Shown: one piece after another, positions 55,502-64,000 of the stretch
Layout of the letters: every line of letters starts with the position of its first letter
Numbering within the stretch: position 1 is the first letter of the stretch
Source: Betaproteobacteria bacterium
GTDB taxonomy: Bacteria > Pseudomonadota > Gammaproteobacteria > Burkholderiales > SG8-41
DNA length: 64,000 nt
Direction of reading: 5' to 3'
Assembly (NCBI GenBank): GCA_900299145.1
Contig: OMIN01000058.1
Span: forward strand, 3,843 to 67,842
Notes under the pieces: model-generated
Seen by the model: the letters and a program-made list of their open reading frames with translations, nothing else
Database searches by the model: none
What the model was told of the DNA's origin: nothing
Made by a program: the position numbers and the translations under genes

Positions 55502-58500
55502 CCCGGCGTCCAGTGTCAGCGCCGTGGCGATTTCCGCGGGTTTGTCTGCTTTCACCTCGGCGGCGGCCTTGCTGCCAATACGCGCTTCTTCAAGGCCAGC
55601 CGTGGTTTTGAGATGACTCAGGATCGCTGAACTGCGTTGCGCCGCCAGCGCCGTCAACGCATCTTTGGCGAGCGGCTGCAATTCAATTACCTGATTGAAC
55701 AGCGCTTCCTAGAATTGGCGGTCGGGGCTGCCGCGCCCCACGAGCGCCAGCGCCGGGTTGACCCGGCTCACCGGCTTGCCGGTGGCTTTTTCGTGTGTGG
55801 CCCTGAATTTGTCTATGCCGTCTTTGCCCACACGTTCTTCCATCATGGCCTCAATCGCACGCTGCGTTTTGGCGTTGTCGAAATTTACCAGCACAGGATC
55901 TTCTTCGCCCGTGACCTTGATGCCTTGCCGCTCCGCCAGTGCGCGCCGCGCCGCCGATGCGCGCAACGCCGCGCCGTCGTGACGCGTATCGTAGCGGCCT
56001 TCCACCAGCAGCTTGAGTTGTGGCCGCTGCTTTAGCACACCAGCGACGCGCGCGAGTTTTTCCCGCTCCGGCGGCGTAAGCAGTGCGCGGCCTGCTTCAA
56101 AAGCGATGGCGTCCATTTTCTCCGCGCCACCTCCGAACAGCGACGCCAGCGCCCGAAACGGTGCGGTGACGATATTGGTCAGCACGGTGCGAATCGCCTG
56201 CCACACCAGATGTCCATAGGCGAATTCCGGGTTGTCGACATTGCCGCGCACCGGCACCGACAGATCAATCTTGCCGTTGGAATCCGTAAGCAGCGCAATC
56301 GCAAGGTCCAGCGGCAGATTGATGGCCGTCGGGCTATCCACGCGCTCGCCCAGCGTGAACTGTTCTAGCAACACCTTGTTCTCGCCCTGCAACTGGCTGT
56401 TGTTTAACTTGTATTGCAAGTCCAGCGATAATTTGCCGGAGGCGATACGGCGCCCGGCGAACGTCGCGCTGTAGGGCGTGAGCGGTGACATCGCCACGTT
56501 GCGGAAATTCACCGCGATATCGGTGAACGCTTTCGGCTCGAACGGATTTAACGTGCCACCAATTTGCGCCTGTCCGAACTCATCCACGCGGCCTTCGAGC
56601 TTCACGCCCGCGCGCGTGCCTGGCTGACTGGAAAGCCCGGTAATCGTGCCATTGAATTCCCGTATCAGCGCTGCAAACGGCAGCACCAGGCTTTGATCGG
56701 CAAAATCCAGTTCACCGTTGCTGACATTAACGCGTTCGATACTGAAATTGAACGGCGCTTCGCCAGCCGTGGTATTGGAGGCTGCCGGCGTTGGCGTCGA
56801 AGCTGTTTGTTCAGCCGCGTCGGCAGACTTGCGAAGTATGCCCGCGAAATTGGTGCTTTTGTCCCTTGCAATGGCGATCTTGCCGCTGGGTGCGGTGAGC
56901 CGCACGTCCTCAATACGCGCCGCACTATCCAGCTGTATGCCTTCGGCAAGCAGCCCTTTTAGCGCTACCAACCGCTCGTCGCCACCTTCCGGGTCCAGCC
57001 GAAAATCATCCAGCCCGGCGCTGCCCGTATATAACGCACGCCCGGGGCTTTGCCTTGCCCACTCCATTCGATCTGTCCGGCTGCGTGCGCCGCGCCCGAC
57101 ACCAGTTTTAGCGTGGTGTACTTTGCCACCACGCCCGCCAGCGGCAACAAGGCCACGTTGCGCGCCTCAACCTTGAACGACGCGCGCTGTTCGGCGGTGG
57201 AGGCCGTACCCTGCGCCCGCAACGACGCGCCCGGTGCGGGCGCTGGCGCGTTGGTGGCCGTAGCGCCGGCGGCGGCAACGCGCACATCCTCCAACGCGGC
57301 ATTGCCGTTGTAACGAATGCCGGCGGCCTTGCCGTCGCCGTTCCAGTCCAGTTGCCCGCCAACCTGCGCCGTGCCAGCTGTTAGTTTGAAGCCGGATTGC
57401 TTTTCGATGAGCGCTGCCAAAGGTAGCAGGGCGATGCTGTTGGCGTCGAGCTTGATGCTGGCGCGTTGTTGCGACGGTGTCACGTTGCCGGTCGCGCGCA
57501 GCGTGCCGCCCTGTTTGATTTGCAGAGCCGCTTCAAACGGCATCGCGTTCTTGCCACTGCTGTCGAAATTTTTCGCAGCGAAGCGCAGGCTTTGCACATC
57601 CAGCGCGAGCGGCGTATTCGCACCCAGATCACGAAACGATGCCGTGCCATCCACGACTTCGATGGCGAGAATTTCCGCGCTGATCGAATCCGGCTCGGGC
57701 GGCCTGGGTCTTCGCGCAAACGCCGTGGCCAAATTGATTGTGCCGCTCGCGTCGCGCACCATAGCCGTGGCCGGTTTGCTGATCTTGACTGCGTTGGCAA
57801 AAAATTTCTTTTGCGCCAGATCGAAATTGCCACCGGCAAGATTCGCCGACGCAAGCGTCACGAGACTCTCTTTTGCGCCCGCTGAAGAAATCCGAATGTC
57901 GGCTACGTCGACCGTAATATTTTCGACGTTCGCCGTCACTTGCGCACCAACCGACGCCTTGACGCTGGTGCTGGCGGCGGCGCGCGCGATGTCCACGGTC
58001 AGCGGTTGCACGAAACCCTGATCGATGACGCGCAGGCGCACGTCTTCGGCCTTGACACTATCGATGGCAAATTGCCACGGAGCCACGGAGGCAGCCTGCG
58101 CGGCAGCCGGTTCGGTGGCGGGTTTCTCGGCAGTCGGCTTCGCACCGCCAGCCGCCACGAGTTGCGCCCAGTTGTTGTCGCCTTTGGCGTCGATCAACGT
58201 ATTGGCGGCGATCTTGTTCAAGGCAAGTTGCGCAAACTGAATTTTGCGCTGTGCAAGATCAAACGTGCCGCCGCTGAGCGCCAGTTCACCCGCAGTCAAC
58301 GCCGTTTCCGCCACACCTCTTTGTCTAAGCGAAACATCCGCAAGATTGAACGTTATCGCGCTGGCTGACGCCGCAAGTTTGCTGTCCGCGTAGCGGGCAT
58401 CGTACTGCAGCGACAGCCCCGCTTGCCCGCCCGGTTCTTCGATGCGCAACTTATCCTGCACGAACTGCCACAGCGTGGTGAGCTTCACGGACTTCACTTC

Positions 58501-59166
58501 GATCTGGCCTGCCGATGCAATGGGCGCGAGTGATATCGCGCCGCGCCAGCCGAGCGTGCCGCCCGCAGGCAGCCTGGCCGTTAGCGTATAGTTGCCGCGT
58601 TGATCTGGCAGTGTCGACAGATCGTGCAACTCAAACGCGATGGGGTCCAGCGTCGCTGCTGCGGGTTGCGCCAGCGCCTTGTCGGTGAACGCTACGCCGC
58701 CATCCTTGAGGACAAACTTTTCCAGCAGCAGGCGCGGCAGGCCTTCGGATTTTTCAGGCTTGGGTTGAGTTTCCTTCGGCAGCAGCCGCGCGAGATTGAG
58801 AGCGCCGTTTTCGTCCGCTTCAAGATTCACTCGCGGCCGCTCCAGCGCAATCTCCGCGAACGTCCAGGCACGATGTATCAGACTGCTCGCTTCGAAATCG
58901 ACGAAAAGCCGGTCGAAGGTAATGGCCGGCTTTCTGCCGCCGGCCTCGGTGAGCGTAAAGTTGCGCGCATCAATCGTGAACAGAAACGGATTAATCACGA
59001 CTTCGCCCACTGAGCCGGTGGCGTTGAACTTGCGCTGGAGAATCTCCGGCAGCTCGCGCTGGATCCACCATGGCGCTACGACGAAGCCGCCCAGTGCGTA
59101 GAGCGCTAGTGCAGCCGCCGCCGCCACAAACGGCAGCGACACCAGAAATTTTACAAAGCGCGCCAT
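55496..59166 (-). pseudogene. DUF748/AsmA-like giant exported protein disrupted by one frameshift and one in-frame TAG
   Basis: Three co-linear ORFs. The frame switches within TATATA at about 57028..57033: ...GQGKAPGVRY | TGSAGLDDFRL continues a repeat unit seen earlier as GDGKAAGIRYNGNAALEDVRV. An in-frame TAG at 55709..55711 (RQF*EALFNQ) splits off the last 61 codons. Confidence 0.65.
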
Positions 59167-59220
59167 GAAGTATTTACTCGCGCTTTCATTCTACTGCGAA
59201 TTGCTGCAGAACTACCCGAA

Positions 59221-60147
59221 CTACTTTTTGTCGGACTCCAGAATAGCAAATCCGGCCTGCAGCGCTTTTTCGATGCGCGCTTTTTCCTGCGCAATCGATT
59301 CATCCGTCCACGGCCAGAAACCGTGTTTGGCTTTCATGCCAACATGGCCACGCTCCACCATTTCGCGAAAAAAGGGCGGCGGTGCTTTTTCGTTGTGCAG
59401 TTCGGGATAGAGTGAAGTAGACACCGCGTAGTGCGTGTCCCAGCCGGACATTTCTTTTTGCCGGAACGGGCCGCAAGCCACGAAGCGAAAGCCGAAGCCG
59501 TAGCGCACGGCGGTATCGATACCCTCGGCGGTGGTGACGCCATCGTGAATCATCCACATTGCCTCGCGCATCAGCGCAACTTGCAGCCGGTTGCCGACAA
59601 AGCCCGGCACATCCTTGTTGACGCGGACTGGCGCCTTGCCGACTTCGTTCATGGTTTGTTCGAGCTTGGCGGCTACCGCCGGGTCTGTGGTGTCGGCGCT
59701 CACCACTTCCACCAGCGGCACCAGATGCGCTGGCATGAAAAAATGCAGTCCCGCCATGCGTGACGCGGTTTTCAAGCCCTGACTCACCGAACCAATTTTG
59801 AAATTTGAGGTATTGGTAGTGATCGGCGTATCGGGCCGCACCAGCGTTTCGAGCTGCGCAAACAGTTTTTGTTTCAGCGGCAAATCCTCGGTGACGGCTT
59901 CGATCACCAGATCAATGCCCTGCCAGGCGATGTCGCCCAGCCGCGCGTGCACGGCTACGTGCTTCGCGCACGCCGCGTCCGCGTTGATTTTTTTCAGCCC
60001 CGCCGTCAGCCGCGCACCCAGCGCATCGCGTGTTTTTTGCGACGGGCTCATCACGTGCACACGCCAGCCCCTGGCCGCGAAAACCGTGGCGATGTCGCCG
60101 CCCATGATGCCGCCGCCGATGATCGCGACTTGTGAAACCTGAGACAT
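59221..60147 (-). CDS. 3-hydroxyacyl-CoA dehydrogenase family protein
   Basis: N-terminal VAIIGGGIMGG NAD fold. HBD-type middle and C-terminal domains. Confidence 0.8.
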   Translation of the reverse strand: MSQVSQVAIIGGGIMGGDIATVFAARGWRVHVMSPSQKTRDALGARLTAGLKKINADAACAKHVAVHARLGDIAWQGIDLVIEAVTEDLPLKQKLFAQLETLVRPDTPITTNTSNFKIGSVSQGLKTASRMAGLHFFMPAHLVPLVEVVSADTTDPAVAAKLEQTMNEVGKAPVRVNKDVPGFVGNRLQVALMREAMWMIHDGVTTAEGIDTAVRYGFGFRFVACGPFRQKEMSGWDTHYAVSTSLYPELHNEKAPPPFFREMVERGHVGMKAKHGFWPWTDESIAQEKARIEKALQAGFAILESDKK

Positions 60148-60198
60148 ACCGAATACTCCCGTAAAAATGCGAAAAAATAGCGCCGCCGTAGCAGCGCT

Positions 60199-60224
60199 AT
60201 TTTATTAATTAAATCAGATACTTA
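60199..60224 (-). repeat. AT-rich dispersed repeat, copy O
   Basis: TAAGTATCTGATTTAATTAATAAAAT. Lies between the methyltransferase stop and the HBD start. Confidence 0.8.
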
Positions 60225-60245
60225 TAATTATCGTTGATACGGAGA

Positions 60246-61058
60246 TTACCGGGCACGCGTAGCGCTCCACTTACCCGCGCTCGCCCCTTTCACCGTGCCT
60301 TCCATGCGGTCGCCAGAAACACGGCCGCTGTATTCCCGGCCATCAACAGAAAAGCTGATCACATCGCCGCGCAGGCTGGCGCTGGTGATGGCCTTGCCGC
60401 CCGCGCTGCCGGACACTTTCTGGAATTCCTGTTTCAACGAAAGATCGCCCGCGCCGCCGCCTTCGATGCGCCAGTTGCCCTCCACCTTCGCCGGCACCAC
60501 CCAGAAGTACGCGGTGCGGCCCTCGACATTCGCGGTCTCGTCCGCCTCCCATTCGCCCATGGTGAACGCGTGCGACACCACGCGCGTGCCCGGCTTCATC
60601 CCCAGAATGATCGGGCGCAACTTCAGATTCAGGCTCGGCAGCAGATACAACGTGATCACCGTGGCGTTGCTGAAATCCGTTTTGAAGATATCGGCGTTGA
60701 TAAACTTCACCTTGCTGGCGACGCCCTCGCGCTGCGCACTGCGGTTCGACAGCGCCACCATATCCGGATTGAACTCGACACCCGTGGCATTCGCACCGCG
60801 CTTGGCCGCGGCGATCACCGTGCGTCCGTCGCCGCTGCCCAGATCAAAGTGAATGTCCTGCGGCGTAAGCTTAGCCATGTCGAGCATTTTGGCAATCAAC
60901 TCATTGGGCGTTGGCACCCAAATCACGTCTTTGCCTTCCTGACCGACGCTGGGTTGATATTCCTTGTCGCCGTATTGCTGCGCTGCCGCGCCGAAGTTTA
61001 GCGTGAACGCTGCAGTCAATGCGAGCGCTGCGAAAATTTTCTTGAAAATTAGAGACAT
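60246..61058 (-). CDS. Class I SAM-dependent methyltransferase-like protein carrying an N-terminal signal peptide
   Basis: MSLIFKKIFAALALTAAFTLNFGAAAQ signal-like N-terminus. Motif I DLGSGDGR, then GVEFNPDM and NADIF. Confidence 0.65.
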   Translation of the reverse strand: MSLIFKKIFAALALTAAFTLNFGAAAQQYGDKEYQPSVGQEGKDVIWVPTPNELIAKMLDMAKLTPQDIHFDLGSGDGRTVIAAAKRGANATGVEFNPDMVALSNRSAQREGVASKVKFINADIFKTDFSNATVITLYLLPSLNLKLRPIILGMKPGTRVVSHAFTMGEWEADETANVEGRTAYFWVVPAKVEGNWRIEGGGAGDLSLKQEFQKVSGSAGGKAITSASLRGDVISFSVDGREYSGRVSGDRMEGTVKGASAGKWSATRAR

Positions 61059-61173
61059 GGAAAACCTCTCGGAGAATGAAGAAAGTCTAAACGAAAGCCA
61101 AGGGAATGCGGGCAGAGGCGACTGAGAGAACAGCTATTATGCCTTAAGGCGAAGGATTGACTCACGCCGCACG

Positions 61174-62526
61174 TTAAGTGCGCACTAGCGACATCAGGTC
61201 ATTTACACTCTGCAACGTTTGCAGATTTTCCACAAGATCAACAACCCGATCCGCCCTTGCGGTATCAATTACCCGGCGTGCGCACGAATGAAATTTCTTC
61301 ATCCGCTGCTCACGTGTCAGCGGATTGCCCACCCAGCCGGAGAGTTTGTCGACGCGTTGTGTCAGCACGCGGCCGTCGGTAAGGGTGACGGTCATGTCGA
61401 TATGCATGCGGTCGAAGTCGTTGGGGATTGCATCGTCCATGATGAGCGTCACTTTCGGCAGCAGGGCTTCGACGTCGGGCGCGAAGCGGCGCGCGTTGTC
61501 GAAGGAGTCGACGGTGATTTCGCCGTCGAGCAGCGCCACCGCCGTGGTGTATTGAATACTGAATTTTCCGTCGAGGCCGGTCTTGGGCTGCGGGCGGTTG
61601 ACGTATTCAAAGCGCGGAGAGCGCACGTCAACTTTCGCGATTTGTTCAGGCTTGATCTGATGCTGTTCGCGCAGCGCCAGCGCGGCGTCGATCGGCCGAT
61701 GGGTGAAATAATTGGACGGATGTTTTTTGAACCCTACCCCAGGATCGACCATGCGAAACGGTGCGCCGAAGTTGTCGACGAGTAAATGCGGCTCGGCGCG
61801 GCCGAAGAGAAACGTGTCGAAAAAGCCCTTTGGTCCGAACACATCGGCCGCACCCGTAAAGCCCATTTGTGCCAGCACCGCACATTCCACGCCATTGCGA
61901 GCGGCGTGGCCGGAATGCGACGACTTGGTCATGCTGCCAGTGTTGATCGAAATGCTGCCCGCGCGCGAACCGGCAATGCCGAAGGCCATCAGCATTTGTT
62001 CCCGCGCAAGATCGAGCATCTTGCACGCGGCAGTGACCGCGCCGAATTGCCCGGTGGTGCCTGGCTTGTGAAAGCCGGACCCGGTTTCCAATCCCGTAGA
62101 AGCCATGCGCATGCGGCCCTGCACTTCAAACGCCGCCACCAGCGACTCGATGATTTTTTTGCCGCCGAGGCCGTGATGTTCCGCAATCGCCAGAATTGCC
62201 GGCAGCGTGGGCGAAGTCGGGTGATTCAGCGGATACCAGGTGTTGTCGAAATCGAGCGCATGCGCCATGGTGCCATTCGCGTAAGCGGCGCTGATCATCG
62301 AGGTTTTGAAGCCGCCCGCGATCACTGTCGCCTGCGGATTGCCGCCGCAGTCTTTTACATATTGCGTGACGATGCGGCCCAGCCCCAGCGGCTCGGTGGC
62401 GCCGGCGAGCATCACGGCGATGCCGTCGAGCACGCAGGCTTTGGCCATGTCAATGGCGGCGGGCGGCAGCGTGTCGTATTGAACCGCGCGGATTTTATCG
62501 ATGAGGGTTTCGGTGATGGTTGCCAT
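61174..62526 (-). CDS. MmgE/PrpD-family protein (2-methylcitrate dehydratase-like)
   Basis: Full-length family resemblance (KACVLDGIAVMLAG..., HALDFDN, GSMTKSSHSGHAARNGV). Confidence 0.85.
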   Translation of the reverse strand: MATITETLIDKIRAVQYDTLPPAAIDMAKACVLDGIAVMLAGATEPLGLGRIVTQYVKDCGGNPQATVIAGGFKTSMISAAYANGTMAHALDFDNTWYPLNHPTSPTLPAILAIAEHHGLGGKKIIESLVAAFEVQGRMRMASTGLETGSGFHKPGTTGQFGAVTAACKMLDLAREQMLMAFGIAGSRAGSISINTGSMTKSSHSGHAARNGVECAVLAQMGFTGAADVFGPKGFFDTFLFGRAEPHLLVDNFGAPFRMVDPGVGFKKHPSNYFTHRPIDAALALREQHQIKPEQIAKVDVRSPRFEYVNRPQPKTGLDGKFSIQYTTAVALLDGEITVDSFDNARRFAPDVEALLPKVTLIMDDAIPNDFDRMHIDMTVTLTDGRVLTQRVDKLSGWVGNPLTREQRMKKFHSCARRVIDTARADRVVDLVENLQTLQSVNDLMSLVRT

Positions 62527-62683
62527 GGTTGTCTGTTTGAAAGTGCCGATCAGCGAGTGTCAGCTAGCAAAAGTCAGTCCGCCCTCGCCCCCGAATGTTT
62601 TGCCATTGCCGCGTAGTCGGGCTGTGCAAAGGGAGTTGCGCAACTAACATCCCTATCTTGGCGATCGCTCAAGGGGATACTCG

Positions 62684-62709
62684 TAAGTATTTGATTTTGT
62701 GGAATTTTT
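62684..62709 (+). repeat. AT-rich dispersed repeat, copy P
   Basis: TAAGTATTTGATTTTGTGGAATTTTT. Intergenic, upstream of the PrpD-family gene. Confidence 0.8.
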
Positions 62710-62765
62710 ACAAGCATTGATTATGCTTTTGTGAGGCATTGTAACCGAGGCACTGTGCGGCGCCG

Positions 62766-63383
62766 CTACCCGCTGGCATTCACTGCCTGAACGAAAATCA
62801 CTTCGCAGCTGCCTTGCCCCGTGTCATCGCGCGTCATCGAACTGCGCCAGCTCCAGCCATCTTTCGCTTTGATTTCCACCAGATAGCCCGAGAGCTTGAC
62901 GATTTGTCCCTTGCGAATCTTGCCCAGCGCGCGCGCCACGCCCGCGTCGGCGGGGATCAGGTGCATGTTGGCGCTGGAGGTTTCAATCTCTCGCGGGGGT
63001 ATGGGCGGCTCGCCTTCAAAGCGCCAGTAGTACCAGCGGTTGCTTTGCGAAATCGACAGCCGGTCGCTCACCGGCGGCTCACTCATGCGCCCCCAGCCGA
63101 AGGCAATATCCAGCGGCGACAAATCAGACTCGCGGCCCATGCGATAGTCCGTTACCGAGAGCGCACGCGCGGTCAATCCGAACTGCGCGAGGGTTCTGAG
63201 TTCGTAGCCGTTCATGGAAAACACGTGTGGCCGTGCTATTGAATCCTGACGCGGCGCTTCGCGTTCCGAGCCCGCCGACACCACGGCCGGTGGCGGTGCT
63301 TCCACGACCTGCGGCGGTTTGGTGCGGCCGAACGTGAGCCAGAGTCCGGCCAGAATTGCGCCGCCGATCAATAGTCTTTTCAT
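62766..63383 (-). CDS. Hypothetical membrane-anchored protein
   Basis: Start set at ATG 63383 (MKRLLIGGAILAGLWLTF TM anchor). No family recognised. Confidence 0.5.
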   Translation of the reverse strand: MKRLLIGGAILAGLWLTFGRTKPPQVVEAPPPAVVSAGSEREAPRQDSIARPHVFSMNGYELRTLAQFGLTARALSVTDYRMGRESDLSPLDIAFGWGRMSEPPVSDRLSISQSNRWYYWRFEGEPPIPPREIETSSANMHLIPADAGVARALGKIRKGQIVKLSGYLVEIKAKDGWSWRSSMTRDDTGQGSCEVIFVQAVNASG

Positions 63384-63568
63384 GCTTTTGCTCGTTTCTT
63401 TCGACACTGAATTACGGTGAAGGGTGTCACGAGCGGACAGATTAGAATAGGCATGGCACGACGGCAAGCCAGACATCATGGCTTCCGGCTGTAAATTGCC
63501 GTACCGTTTTACCGCCTCTCCTTAAACATTTTCCCTTTTTTGACGCGTCAATAGAAACGCCCGGCAGC

Positions 63569-64000
63569 ATGAATTATTTCACCCAATTGCGCGGCCTGAT
63601 GATCGAAGTCATGTTGCCGCTGGGCCTGCTGGTGGCGGCGGGCGCGTTGTGGCCGCGCCTGTTTGCCGACGCGCATACCGACGTGCTGCGCACGCAACTG
63701 AACCGGATGGCGATGTATGTGTTCTACCCGTGCGTTTTGTTTGCGGTGGCGGCTTCCACGCCAATCACGCCGGCGCTGTTGTCGGTGCCGCTGCTGGTGG
63801 GCATGGGCACGCTGCTATCGGGGGCGTTGTTGTACTGGCTGCTCTATCGCACGCCGTTGGGCAGGAAACTCTCCGACCCCACGCGTGCGGTGCTGGTGAT
63901 TGGCGGGATGTGGGGTAACACGTTCAACATCGGTGCGCCGGTGCTGGTATTCTTTTTCGGCCGCGATGCCACGCGTTACGCGATATACAACGACGTGTTG
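63569..64000 (+). CDS. Auxin-efflux-carrier (AEC) family membrane transporter, N-terminal part (3' end off window)
   Basis: Frame 2 is open from ATG 63569 to the window end; it is absent from the ORF track because it has no stop. Hydrophobic AEC-like N-terminus MNYFTQLRGLMIEVMLPLGLLVAAG. Confidence 0.6.
   Translation, partial: MNYFTQLRGLMIEVMLPLGLLVAAGALWPRLFADAHTDVLRTQLNRMAMYVFYPCVLFAVAASTPITPALLSVPLLVGMGTLLSGALLYWLLYRTPLGRKLSDPTRAVLVIGGMWGNTFNIGAPVLVFFFGRDATRYAIYNDVL

Noticed and set aside
1-64000. Scan for CRISPR arrays, tRNA/rRNA genes, IS elements, integrases, toxin-antitoxin or restriction-type defence genes
   Set aside because: No regularly spaced direct repeats, no cloverleaf-like or rRNA-like GC-balanced non-coding stretches, and no transposase, integrase or nuclease ORFs were seen. 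The CHAT protease has no Cas or effector partners nearby, so a CRISPR-linked role is not supported.

Overview
GC-rich, densely coding chromosomal segment that looks betaproteobacterial (Burkholderiales-like). There are no rRNA or tRNA genes, CRISPR arrays, IS elements or transposases, and no obvious DNA-binding transcription factor gene. All calls are by eye from the ORF track and sequence; no searches were run. Start codons were refined using RBS and overlap logic. Content in order: (1) a catabolic block with a TPP enzyme, a Baeyer-Villiger monooxygenase, an alpha/beta hydrolase and a translationally coupled acyl-CoA dehydrogenase (ACAD) pair; (2) housekeeping genes bioA, dacB, ubiD, ubiA, ubiC, recG and ridA; (3) two unknown secreted proteins and a second ACAD pair; (4) a coupled radical-SAM/SPASM, unknown, adenylate-forming operon next to a lower-GC islet encoding a secreted TPR-CHAT protease and a small Cys-containing protein; (5) a second catabolic block; (6) an 11-kb co-directional urtABCDE-ureDABCEFG supra-operon, with sigma54-type promoters shared divergently with a porin gene; (7) a hybrid histidine kinase and an HD-GYP protein; (8) a decayed DUF748 giant gene; (9) further metabolic genes. 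Six Bug/TctC-type binding proteins are present without TctA/TctB partners. Most notable observations: (a) a ~27-bp AT-rich repeat, TAAGTATYTGTTTTTATTnAATATTTTT, with 16 clear copies on both strands. Most copies are intergenic, but one sits in-frame inside recG and others supply start codons, stop codons or a signal peptide. It resembles an IHF site in geometry and an uptake-signal sequence in distribution. (b) An OsmC-family gene with an in-frame TGA exactly at the conserved active-site Cys, followed by a SECIS-like hairpin (candidate selenoprotein). (c) The uncharacterised rSAM-SPASM / unknown / PaaK-like operon beside the TPR-CHAT islet.
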